Under the pieces are notes generated by a model. That model did no database searches. It saw only the letters and a program-made list of their open reading frames with translations, and was not told the origin of the DNA. Of a stretch of 32,737 nucleotides of DNA, positions 9,090 through 17,761 are shown in pieces (positions within the stretch are counted from its first letter, which is position 1; each line of letters opens with the position of its first letter). This stretch comes from Bdellovibrio sp. (lineage in GTDB: Bacteria > Bdellovibrionota > Bdellovibrionia > Bdellovibrionales > Bdellovibrionaceae): assembly GCA_046318155.1 (NCBI GenBank), contig JBKCUU010000050.1:1-32737 (forward strand). Direction: 5' to 3'. The translations under genes were made by a program, and so were the position numbers.

Positions 9090-9400
9090 ATAAGGTGTCC
9101 TTGATCAGGCGCCCTGGTTTGCGGATCGACGCCATCGGTCCTGGACCGACGTCGAGGATGATGCTCATAAAGTGTGCAGAATGGCCTTGGAGACTGGCCT
9201 TTGGTTCTGAACTCGCAATGAGTCATCATTCATTTTGTTGTCTTCGTATGTAAATCATGTGTAAGTAAATTATATGTAAGTTCGGACTCCCAAGTTCCTG
9301 ATTGATTCCCAGAGTCTTTCAGAGAACAAGGAAAGCGGGGGTTCCCGGACCGGTGGCCGAGAGGAATAAAACAGAGAAACCTCTCAGAAAAGGAAGCAAC

Positions 9401-10627
9401 GTGGAAGCAAAAGACAGTGCAAAAGAAAATAAAGTCGACACCAAAGCACAAGCCGAGAAAATCAAGGCGCTTGATCTCGCTTTAAGTACCATCGAAAAGC
9501 AATTCGGCAAGGGCTCCATCATGAAGTTGGGCACCACCGAAAGTCTTTATAAAGACATCGAAGTGATCGGAACGGGTTCGCTCGCTCTGGATATCGCCCT
9601 TGGAATTGGCGGATTGCCCAAAGGCCGCATCGTCGAAGTTTTTGGACCGGAGTCTTCAGGTAAAACAACAATTGCTCTTTCGGTTTGCGCTCAGGCTCAA
9701 AAAAAAGGTGGCGTCGTTGCTTACGTGGATGCCGAACATGCTTTGGATGTGAACTATGCTAAAAAATTAGGTGTTCGCATTGAAGATATGTTGATCTCTC
9801 AACCTGATACCGGTGAGCAAGCTCTTGAGATCACCGAGACCCTCGTTCGTTCGGGCGCCATTGACGTGCTGGTCATCGATTCTGTTGCAGCGCTTGTGCC
9901 TCGTGCCGAGATCGAAGGTGAGATGGGTGATAGCCACATGGGTCTGCAAGCCCGTCTGATGTCGCAAGCTTTGCGCAAGTTGACGGCGGCGATTAACCGT
10001 TCCAATACACTTGTGATCTTCATCAATCAGATCCGGATGAAAATCGGTGTGATGTTCGGCAATCCCGAGACAACCACTGGTGGCAACGCGCTCAAATTTT
10101 ACTCGTCAGTGCGTTTGGATGTTCGCCGTGTGGGCGCGATAAAAGATGGTGAAGAGGTCAAAGGGAACCGCACGGCCGTTAAGGTCGTTAAGAATAAAAT
10201 GGCGCCTCCGTTCACCAAAATTGAATTTGATCTCATGTACAATGAAGGGATTTCGGCTGAAGGCGATATCCTGGATCTTGCGGTGACGGCCTCTTTGGTC
10301 GAAAAAGCGGGTGCATGGTTTAGCTATAATGGTGAGCGGATGGGGCAAGGTCGCGATCAAGCAAAAAACTTCTTGCGCGAAAATCCAGCTGCTGCGGCGG
10401 AGCTTCGAAAAAAGTTGTTGGCGGCCAATGGCATTGGCAAACTTTTGCTTGATGCACCTGAAAAGGATGCCGAAGGTGTTGATCCCGAGAAAACTCCGAT
10501 TGCGGCAGCCGCGGCAAAAGCAACTTTTGAGAAGTCTGCGGATAAGTTAACAGAGAAATCGGCAAAAGCTCCTCTTCCTCAGAAATCAAATGCCAAAGAG
10601 GAAAAAGAAACAAAACGTAAGCATTAA
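9401..10627 (+). CDS. recA: Recombinase A
   Basis: [32 protein letters not shown] and GGNALKFY motifs. GTG 9401 follows an AAGGA SD. Confidence 0.98.
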   Translation: MEAKDSAKENKVDTKAQAEKIKALDLALSTIEKQFGKGSIMKLGTTESLYKDIEVIGTGSLALDIALGIGGLPKGRIVEVFGPESSGKTTIALSVCAQAQKKGGVVAYVDAEHALDVNYAKKLGVRIEDMLISQPDTGEQALEITETLVRSGAIDVLVIDSVAALVPRAEIEGEMGDSHMGLQARLMSQALRKLTAAINRSNTLVIFINQIRMKIGVMFGNPETTTGGNALKFYSSVRLDVRRVGAIKDGEEVKGNRTAVKVVKNKMAPPFTKIEFDLMYNEGISAEGDILDLAVTASLVEKAGAWFSYNGERMGQGRDQAKNFLRENPAAAAELRKKLLAANGIGKLLLDAPEKDAEGVDPEKTPIAAAAAKATFEKSADKLTEKSAKAPLPQKSNAKEEKETKRKH

Positions 10628-10713
10628 TTGCGGTTTGCTTTGTTCGATAACTCGAGAAGATCGTTTTTAACATTTTAGATAAATCGCCTGTTTCCATGCC
10701 AGGAGGTTTCTTC

Positions 10714-10746
10714 AAAAGGCCTGTGCGAAATCACAGGTCTTTTTTT
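10714..10746. terminator. Bidirectional intrinsic terminator
   Basis: AAAAGGCCTGTG-cgaaat-CACAGGTCTTTTTTT lying between convergent genes. Confidence 0.8.
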
Positions 10747-10774
10747 CTTGAAATATCTTGAGTCTACGAAAAAT

Positions 10775-11263
10775 TTAGAGAGAAGCTGAGGCGGTCTTGT
10801 CGTTTGACTGAAACGACACACGCTTTTGCAGATTAATTTTTTTGCATTCAAGCGAGGACGTGACTTGATTCTTTTCGACCATCACGCGGATCGAGCGGAT
10901 GTGTGGCTGAAAAACAAAGTTGGGGATCTGAGCGATAAAATCCTCTGAGGCCGACAGGATGTGCAAGGCAAAAGTGGAGGCGGAGGGTACGGGGCTGGCC
11001 GCGTCCTGACTGATTTGCGGAGTGATCGTGCCTTGGTCTAAAGTATCGCCTTGAAAGCTTGAAAACCAGATTAAGCCGGTGAGACTGGTGTTTAAGACCA
11101 AGCGAATGCGCTCAAAAGACGAAGCACCTTGTTCGTCCCAGCACGACAAGTGAATCTGCTCCACGCTCGAGGCGGGTGTGTTTTGCATTGAAAAGCCAAA
11201 TCCGAAGACAGCCATGACACCGAACAAAGAAAGAATCACTGAGAGTTTTTTCATAGTTATCAT
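10775..11263 (-). CDS. Secreted hypothetical protein
   Basis: MKKLSVILSLFGVMAVFGFG signal or anchor, with a Cys near each end (LSC...LEC). Alternative start at 11254. Confidence 0.7.
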   Translation of the reverse strand: MITMKKLSVILSLFGVMAVFGFGFSMQNTPASSVEQIHLSCWDEQGASSFERIRLVLNTSLTGLIWFSSFQGDTLDQGTITPQISQDAASPVPSASTFALHILSASEDFIAQIPNFVFQPHIRSIRVMVEKNQVTSSLECKKINLQKRVSFQSNDKTASASL

Positions 11264-11271
11264 GCTTATAC

Positions 11272-11298
11272 TCTTCGGATTTAATCCTCACAACGTGA
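11272..11298 (-). promoter_or_regulatory. Sigma28-like promoter
   Basis: Minus strand reads TCAC-N15-TCCGAAGA. Confidence 0.45.
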
Positions 11299-11460
11299 GC
11301 AAATTCGGTAGGTAAAAGCGCCAAAGAGCGGAGCAAAGTTCGTCACTTTGCCCCCGCAAAAGGCGCGCTGGTCAGGCATGAGTGCCCCACCAGAAAAGTC
11401 CACCGTTAGCGTCGGTTTTTTTGACAGTCAATTCATACAATCTTAAGGCCACATTGACCG

Positions 11461-11498
11461 AAAAGCCATGACTTAAGCTCCAAAGCTTAAGCCATGGC
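11461..11498 (-). terminator. Intrinsic terminator of the glutathione peroxidase gene
   Basis: GCCATG-a-CTTAAGCT-ccaa-AGCTTAAG-c-CATGGC hairpin followed by UUUU on the minus strand. Confidence 0.7.
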
Positions 11499-11507
11499 CG
11501 GGTGAGG

Positions 11508-12005
11508 CTAAGAGCTGCTTGAGGCCAGGGCCTTCTCGATATCTTGAGAAAGATCTTCGGGTTTTGTCGTCGGCGCAAAACGATCAAGAACTTTGCCGTC
11601 TTTGCTGACCAAAAATTTTGTGAAATTCCACTTGATGGCTTCGGTCCCGAGCAACCCGGGAGCTTCGGATTTTAGAAAGTCATAAACCGGCGCTGCATTT
11701 GAACCATTGACGTCGACTTTAGCTAAGACTGGAAACGAGACTCCGTAATTCATTTGGCAAAAACTTTGAATGTCGCTGTTGGTTCCGGGTTCTTGGCCGC
11801 CAAACTGGTTGCATGGAAACCCGATGACTTGAAGTCCTTGGGCTGAATACTTTTTATACAAAGCCTCGAGGCCGGCGTACTGGGGGGTGTAGCCACATTT
11901 ACTGGCGACATTAATCACCAAGCAGGGTTTTCCCTCAAATTGTTTCAGAGGAAAAGGTTTGCCGTCGGCATCGTGAACGGTGAAATCAAAAAAGTTTTTA
12001 GACAT
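11508..12005 (-). CDS. Glutathione peroxidase (Cys-type)
   Basis: NVASKCGYT, GFPCNQFGGQEPG and IKWNFTKFLV motifs. GAGGAG SD. Confidence 0.95.
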   Translation of the reverse strand: MSKNFFDFTVHDADGKPFPLKQFEGKPCLVINVASKCGYTPQYAGLEALYKKYSAQGLQVIGFPCNQFGGQEPGTNSDIQSFCQMNYGVSFPVLAKVDVNGSNAAPVYDFLKSEAPGLLGTEAIKWNFTKFLVSKDGKVLDRFAPTTKPEDLSQDIEKALASSSS

Positions 12006-12216
12006 CTCATCTCCTCAGTCAGGGTTATCAATTTTGAGTAGAGCTCCTCTGAAGGAGCGAACTCCGGTCGAGGGGCGTTTTTATCAACGAACACTGTGAG
12101 AATCTTTTAGTCAGTGCGTGGACGTCAAGTGAACATCTGGCGAACTCATCGACCGAGCGTGGCTCTCCTCGTGGAAATTGTGGTTGTTTTACGCGGAGAC
12201 GAGAACAAAAAGACCG

Positions 12217-12261
12217 TCTCAATTTGAGAAAAGCTCATCAGTTCTGGAGCGACGCCGATAA
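12217..12261 (+). promoter_or_regulatory. TCTCA-N3-TGAGA palindrome plus sigma28 promoter
   Basis: TCTCA att TGAGA at 12217-12229. TCAT(12235-12238)-N15-GCCGATAA(12254-12261). Confidence 0.7.
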
Positions 12262-12304
12262 GGAGGTGTATTCTGAAGTCTGTTTCACAGGGGGATGGTG
12301 ACGC

Positions 12305-13771
12305 ATGAAAAATCTATTTGTTCTCACCACAATCTGGACAGCAGTTTTTTTTATCTCAACTCGGGCTAACGCGCAGTGCAGTTATGATTTTGATGCTGAT
12401 CCTTCAGCATGTGACCTGGGCAACAATGATCAGACGCCCATGGCTCCAGCCCTGCCGGCTGCCGCCAACCGCACGTCTGAGCTGTTAGTACCGCTGGGTG
12501 GACCGAACGGAACGAAAGGAGGGCTTGACGAGCGGACGCAACCAACCAAAGCAAGCCCAGTACCCCGAGGGACCAACGTGAATGCCTCCGTCAGCCCCGC
12601 GCCATCCGGAGTCGATGAGGGGCATGCCGACACCGTTCGCGAAGCCATTCAAGCTTGTCAAACGGCAGCCGAAAGCACCGAAGGCTCTTGCGCAACTGAT
12701 CGAAATAGCACGATGGGGTCAGTCATGACCGCGGGTGATCAGATCGCACGCTCGATGGGAAGTATGACGGGTTCTACGATTGGCGAGACCTGCGCTCAAA
12801 TGGCGAACTATCAAGGTGCTGCCAACACGGCACTTGGTGCGATCAAGGCCAACTGCGTGTCCTCGTTTAGTCAATGCTCGGATTCTTGTAAGACGGCTGA
12901 TGATTTGATCAAACAATTGCCTTCAGCTCAGCGTTATGAGTTTACCAGCCAACTGACGCCACTTAAAAGGCAGTGCAACAGCGCTCAAGAGCGCATTCGA
13001 GGGATCGATCAAAATATCGCATCTGCCATGCAGGCGTACCAGCGCTCACAAGCATGTCTGGCTGACGTGGGAACAACAATGCCAACCCTGGCGCAGTGCC
13101 AGGCCAATCCAAGTTTACCCAATTGTAATCTTGTCTTACCGCAAGATTGTTCGAATGCGCAAATTGCCGCCACCAATATTGCCTGTATTTGCCAAGCAAC
13201 GAATGGTCGTGATCCTCGTTGCGGAAGCGCGAACTTTTCGAGTTCGCTTCCGAATTCGGGCGGAACCTTGGACCAAGCCTCAGTCAATGATGGAACCTTG
13301 GGAGCACCTAGTTTGGATGCGTTCGGAACAAAGAGCGATTACGTCGCTCCAGAAATTAAACCCACCGCACGTGGTGAAATGAATTTGCAAGGCCAAGGCG
13401 GTGGTGGCGGCGGCGGGATCAGTGGACGCGGGGCGAATGAACCCAAGCCTCGTCAACCCGGCTACAGCCCTTCGCGCATCAATGCGGATGTTAACAAAGG
13501 TTTTATCGGCGGCGGCGCTCCTGGGTTTGGAACCAAGGGCGGTCTTGCTGGCGGAAGCGTGGGACCTGATGCGGGCTGGATCCCGCCGAAAGTGGCGCCA
13601 AATCCAAACGCCATTAACTTTGATAAGTTTCGTCCCAGTGACGCGAACTTTCGCAATCGAGGCTTGGCATCGAATGATGTCCTTCCGAGTGGCTTGCTCG
13701 CTCCGCACGTGAATATTTGGAAGCAGGTGAACTCAAGGTACCTCAAGATTATGTCGACACTGACGCCCTAA
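12305..13771 (+). CDS. Secreted Cys/Gly-rich protein, paralogue 1
   Basis: Signal peptide (ANA), Cys-rich helical region, poly-Gly linker, then WIPPK, DKFRP and HVNIWKQVNSRY. Confidence 0.85.
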   Translation: MKNLFVLTTIWTAVFFISTRANAQCSYDFDADPSACDLGNNDQTPMAPALPAAANRTSELLVPLGGPNGTKGGLDERTQPTKASPVPRGTNVNASVSPAPSGVDEGHADTVREAIQACQTAAESTEGSCATDRNSTMGSVMTAGDQIARSMGSMTGSTIGETCAQMANYQGAANTALGAIKANCVSSFSQCSDSCKTADDLIKQLPSAQRYEFTSQLTPLKRQCNSAQERIRGIDQNIASAMQAYQRSQACLADVGTTMPTLAQCQANPSLPNCNLVLPQDCSNAQIAATNIACICQATNGRDPRCGSANFSSSLPNSGGTLDQASVNDGTLGAPSLDAFGTKSDYVAPEIKPTARGEMNLQGQGGGGGGGISGRGANEPKPRQPGYSPSRINADVNKGFIGGGAPGFGTKGGLAGGSVGPDAGWIPPKVAPNPNAINFDKFRPSDANFRNRGLASNDVLPSGLLAPHVNIWKQVNSRYLKIMSTLTP

Positions 13772-13783
13772 GGAACAAAGTTC

Positions 13784-14989
13784 ATGCGCCACTTAATGAC
13801 ATTACACTCAACTCTGTTTTTAACTCTCAGTCTTTGGGCGGCTCAAGTTCATTCCGTGCAGGGCGCCGCACCACCCACCGCACGCACGGGAGGGACGCCC
13901 CTGCAACAGTGTAAGGCAAGAGCCGACGTCGTTCCAACCGCCTGCTCAACAAGAACCGACAATGCAAATGCGGCTCAGCAGGCAGAAACTTCAACGGACG
14001 TAGGTCAGGCAATGAATGAAAACGGCGGCAACGTGGCCGACATTTGCAATCAGTCTGGTCAGAATGCGCAAGCAGCGAACACATCGTTAGGACAAATCAG
14101 TGAGCAATGCCAAGCGGCCTATACCGCGTGTACGTCGGCTTGCGCTCAAGCCGAAAGTAGCCGTCAGCAATTAACGACAGCTCAAAAACGTCAGCTGGAT
14201 CAATCAAAACGCAAATGTGATTCGGCGACGGTCGCTCAGCAGCAAATCTCCGGCGAACGCACCAGTGCTCAGCAGGCGCAGCAGCGAGCGCAGCAATGCC
14301 AAAAAGATTCGGGTATGGGTCAGATGCCGCAGATGCCGCAAATGCCGCAGCAAGAACCCGAAAAGAAAAAGACCTGCCAAGAGGATCCCAACACGCCCGA
14401 GTGTTTTAAACTCAAGGAAGATTGCGCAAACCCCGAATTCGCGGCGAGCAACGAAGTTTGTAAATGTCTCTCGGGAAATTGTGCAAAAGAAAATGCAGTC
14501 CTGACAGAGCCTGATCAGGGCACCGATAGCTCGGCGGGCGGTCTGTCTAGCGATGCGAGCGGTTCTGATTCTCTGGGCGGCGGCGGCGGTGGGGACCAAG
14601 TCTATGAAGGCGCGCGGGGCGCGATGAATCTGCAAGGCCAAGGCGGCGGCGGCGGTGCTGGCGTGGCCCGTGGAAGCTCTTCGGACGCTGGGTCGGAAGA
14701 ATTTTTGGGCGAAGATCCAAAACACGTCAGTCTTGGCGCTGCAAGTGGCTCGGGCCTCGTTTTACCTGCTGGGGCAACAGGCCCAGCAGGTGGTAGCTAC
14801 AGCCCATCAGGATCGTGGATCCCACCTAAAATGAATGAAGGCTTGGATGTCGAAAAATTTCGTCCCAAGCCTGGAGACCGCAGTCCCGCGGACGTCGTCA
14901 ACCGAAGTCAAATCCACGGCTCCCATGTCAACATGTGGAAGCAAATTAATCTGAGATATCTTTCAGTTCGAGGCTCATTGAAGCCATGA
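13784..14989 (+). CDS. Secreted Cys/Gly-rich protein, paralogue 2
   Basis: AAGGA SD and signal peptide. Same motif order as paralogue 1, ending HVNMWKQINLRY. Confidence 0.85.
   Translation: MRHLMTLHSTLFLTLSLWAAQVHSVQGAAPPTARTGGTPLQQCKARADVVPTACSTRTDNANAAQQAETSTDVGQAMNENGGNVADICNQSGQNAQAANTSLGQISEQCQAAYTACTSACAQAESSRQQLTTAQKRQLDQSKRKCDSATVAQQQISGERTSAQQAQQRAQQCQKDSGMGQMPQMPQMPQQEPEKKKTCQEDPNTPECFKLKEDCANPEFAASNEVCKCLSGNCAKENAVLTEPDQGTDSSAGGLSSDASGSDSLGGGGGGDQVYEGARGAMNLQGQGGGGGAGVARGSSSDAGSEEFLGEDPKHVSLGAASGSGLVLPAGATGPAGGSYSPSGSWIPPKMNEGLDVEKFRPKPGDRSPADVVNRSQIHGSHVNMWKQINLRYLSVRGSLKP
14321..14350 (+). repeat. In-frame 9-bp tandem repeat (CARATGCCG x3; QMP x3)
   Basis: cagatgccg cagatgccg caaatgccg cag. 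Confidence 0.85.
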
Positions 14990-14996
14990 AAACACG

Positions 14997-15054
14997 TCTC
15001 ACATTGAGAATTTTCAATCTTAGTCCTTAGGACTTCGGTCTTGTTTACCGATAA
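14997..15054 (+). promoter_or_regulatory. TCTCA-N3-TGAGA palindrome plus sigma28-like promoter
   Basis: TCTCA cat TGAGA at 14997-15009. TAGG(15028-15031)-N15-ACCGATAA(15047-15054). Confidence 0.65.
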
Positions 15055-15073
15055 TAGAAAGGGGAGGACGTCG

Positions 15074-16558
15074 ATGAGACCGCCGCGATTCTATTTTTTG
15101 CTCGTTGCAATTTTTACTTTGTCTACATTGACGCCCTTGTCTTCTTGGTCGCGATTGCCAACTGAAGAAGAGCACAGAGCACTTCAGCGCAGCTCGAACA
15201 TCGGCGTCACAACGAGAGCGCCGGTTGCACAATGTCATCATGAAAAAGATGATCCAGAGCAGTTACCAGGGGGACGGCGAGTTTGTAATGAAAGTGGGTT
15301 CTGGGAGTTCGAAGCTTCAAATGTTCCCCTTCCTCCTCGCCGACCTGCAAACTTGAATCAACCGCCCGCAGGTGGAACGAATGCGACTGCCAGAACTCCA
15401 GCGGCGCCCCGAGCCGCCACGGGTGCAACGACAGCTGGAAATAGCCTTGATCAGAAACTCGCGAGCTGCAAGGCAGCGGGGCAGGCCGTTTCAACTAGTT
15501 GCTCGTCGTCCGGAGCCAATTCAAATGCATCAAATTTTTCGGGCGGTGCTCTCCAAAGCGGACAGGCGATGAATGCCCAGGAGCAAGCGCAGGTGGCGGA
15601 CATGTGCCGGCAAGCCGGACAAAACGCACAGCAGGCAAACGCCACGATCGAAGCGATCATTCAACAGTGTGAGGGTGTGATTTCGTCTTGTTCTTCTGCG
15701 TGCTCTGACGTGTCAGAAGGTTTATTGAACACGCAGCAAAAAGCCGAATTGCAATCGGCTCGAAACCAATGTTCCTCGGGTTCATACGCGCTGGCAACTT
15801 TGCAAAACCAACAAAATCAAACGCAAGAATCGGCGGATCGCGCACAGCAGTGCCTCAATGAAGCGGGCCTGGGCGGCGGCATGAATGCAAATGCGGATGC
15901 TAAGACTTTAGACTGTAACAAAACTCCGAATGCTCCCGGATGTCTTCAGGCCAAGCAAGATTGCTCAAATCCCGAATTCGCGGCTGCCAATGAAATTTGT
16001 AGATGTCCCTCGGGCAATTGCAGTTCGGCGACGAACCGAACAAATCCTGTTGAAGGTGAAGATCAGTCAACGACTGGATATGACGAGAGCCCGACGCCTG
16101 ATATGACGGCTTCAAACGGCCTAGGTATTGATCGAGCACAAGGCTATCAGAGCGACCGCCAAGACATGAGTGTGACAGGAGGCGGCGGCGGCGGTGCTGG
16201 CGGTGGATCAGCCAAAGGAGCAAATCAAGCGGGCCTTAAAAAAGGCGGTGCGCCTTCAAAAATTGACACTGATTTGTTAAACGGAACTTTAGGTGGACGT
16301 GCCGGCGGCTTTGGTCGGTCCTCCGGAGAGCCGGCAGCTGATAGCGGCAGCTATAGCAATTCGGGTTCGTGGATTCCGCCCAAAGTGGGCCGCGAAGAAT
16401 CGCCCAACTTGGATCGCTTTCGTCCAAACCTAGATCCCAAAAACTTTCGAGGCCCCTCTTCGAATAATGTTCGCAGCGAGATTTATGCTTCGCATGTCAA
16501 TATGTGGCGCCAAGTGAATTTGCGCTACATTCAAGTCATGGGTACGCTCAAGCCCTAA
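15074..16558 (+). CDS. Secreted Cys/Gly-rich protein, paralogue 3
   Basis: GGGGAGG SD before ATG 15074 and a signal peptide. Motifs DCSNPEFAAANEICRC, WIPPK, DRFRP and HVNMWRQVNLRY. Confidence 0.85.
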   Translation: MRPPRFYFLLVAIFTLSTLTPLSSWSRLPTEEEHRALQRSSNIGVTTRAPVAQCHHEKDDPEQLPGGRRVCNESGFWEFEASNVPLPPRRPANLNQPPAGGTNATARTPAAPRAATGATTAGNSLDQKLASCKAAGQAVSTSCSSSGANSNASNFSGGALQSGQAMNAQEQAQVADMCRQAGQNAQQANATIEAIIQQCEGVISSCSSACSDVSEGLLNTQQKAELQSARNQCSSGSYALATLQNQQNQTQESADRAQQCLNEAGLGGGMNANADAKTLDCNKTPNAPGCLQAKQDCSNPEFAAANEICRCPSGNCSSATNRTNPVEGEDQSTTGYDESPTPDMTASNGLGIDRAQGYQSDRQDMSVTGGGGGGAGGGSAKGANQAGLKKGGAPSKIDTDLLNGTLGGRAGGFGRSSGEPAADSGSYSNSGSWIPPKVGREESPNLDRFRPNLDPKNFRGPSSNNVRSEIYASHVNMWRQVNLRYIQVMGTLKP

Positions 16559-17008
16559 TTACCTGATCAAGGAATGCAAAGTTTGAATTGTTCGTACGCG
16601 GTCGTCTGCATGGACAAAAATGCTGAGACCCAAGGAGGTCCACCTGCAAACTAAGGGTTTAATTTTTTCGTCGCGCAATTGACTTAGAATTTGCTCGATG
16701 AGGGGGGCTGATGTGGTTCCGGCACAAGTCACCGTGACAGAGGACAAGTTGCCAGTTTCGAGGGCCCAGTCTTTTTGGGTGGTAACCCATTTTTCGATCG
16801 CCGCTAAAATTTCACGAGGTCCGGTGACCCAAACTTCACAGGCTTGACCGATCTGCTCGATTGATAAAAGTTGCGGTGACGGGATTTGCGACTGACTCCA
16901 GTTTTTTTCTAATTCCGAAAATGCGCTGGTGAGTTCGGCTCTCGAGGAGCGAAGGCGTAAAACTTTTTCGAAAGAATTGAGGGACAAGATACCAACTTTT
17001 TCGTACAT
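16559..17008 (-). CDS. Putative aspartate kinase beta subunit from an in-frame internal start (Met247, 149 aa)
   Basis: AAAGGA-tctctc-ATG inside lysC, at the kinase/ACT boundary. Confidence 0.6.
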   Translation of the reverse strand: MYEKVGILSLNSFEKVLRLRSSRAELTSAFSELEKNWSQSQIPSPQLLSIEQIGQACEVWVTGPREILAAIEKWVTTQKDWALETGNLSSVTVTCAGTTSAPLIEQILSQLRDEKIKPLVCRWTSLGLSIFVHADDRVRTIQTLHSLIR

Positions 17009-17746
17009 GAGAGATCCTTTCGAGCGAATCCAAGTACCATCAGAAATTTCTTGCGCGGGCCCCACATAAATCGAGACCTGCTCGCGCAGCGCCAGCTCGA
17101 CTGAGCGGTAGTGCAAAACCTTGGCACCCCAAAATGTCATCTCGGCCATTTGCTCATAGGTGAGTTCGCGGAGGGCCTTTGCCTCGGGAACCAATCGCGG
17201 ATCGGCAGAATAGACCGCCGAAACATCTTTCAAAATTTCGCAATGGTGCGCTTTTAGAAACGCGGTCATTGCAATCGCCGTTGTATCTGTCCCGCCGCGT
17301 CCTAGCGTCGTGATTTCTTTGGTGACGGGCGAAACCCCTTGAAAGCCGGCGACGACGACAACGGCGTTTTTTGTGAGGGCTTCTTGTACACGGCTGGCCT
17401 TTATGTCCTGAATAAAAGCATTCGAGTGCGAATCATCGGTCAGAATGCCGGCTTGACTGCCCGTGAGGCTCACCGCTTTGATCCCCACATCTAAAAGCGC
17501 CATCGAGAGCAGTGCCATGCTGATCCGCTCGCCCACGCTTAAGAGCATATCCATTTCGCGAAGTGCGGGAGTCGGGCTGACTTGTCCAGCAAGAGAAATC
17601 AGTTCATTGGTGGTTGATCCCATGGCCGAGACGACCGCAACAACTTGATGGCCGGCTCGCGCTTGCTGCGCAATCCGTTCTGCCACGCGCCGGATTTTTT
17701 TTGCATCCGAGAGGGTGGCGCCGCCGAATTTTTGCACGATCAACAT
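16559..17746 (-). CDS. lysC: Aspartate kinase (alpha subunit)
   Basis: VQKFGG, VVSAMG, VVAGFQG, TTLGRGGTDTTA, SADPR and GAKVLH motifs, with a C-terminal ACT-like region. Confidence 0.93.
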   Translation of the reverse strand: MLIVQKFGGATLSDAKKIRRVAERIAQQARAGHQVVAVVSAMGSTTNELISLAGQVSPTPALREMDMLLSVGERISMALLSMALLDVGIKAVSLTGSQAGILTDDSHSNAFIQDIKASRVQEALTKNAVVVVAGFQGVSPVTKEITTLGRGGTDTTAIAMTAFLKAHHCEILKDVSAVYSADPRLVPEAKALRELTYEQMAEMTFWGAKVLHYRSVELALREQVSIYVGPAQEISDGTWIRSKGSLMYEKVGILSLNSFEKVLRLRSSRAELTSAFSELEKNWSQSQIPSPQLLSIEQIGQACEVWVTGPREILAAIEKWVTTQKDWALETGNLSSVTVTCAGTTSAPLIEQILSQLRDEKIKPLVCRWTSLGLSIFVHADDRVRTIQTLHSLIR

Positions 17747-17761
17747 GGGGGCCTCAAAAAA

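Noticed and set aside
9240..9285. LexA box upstream of recA
   Set aside because: Only GTAA half-sites. No proper TTAC-N3-GTAA or CTGT-N8-ACAG palindrome.
9302..9400. Longer recA start
   Set aside because: No SD. GTG 9401 has an SD and fits the family N-terminus better.
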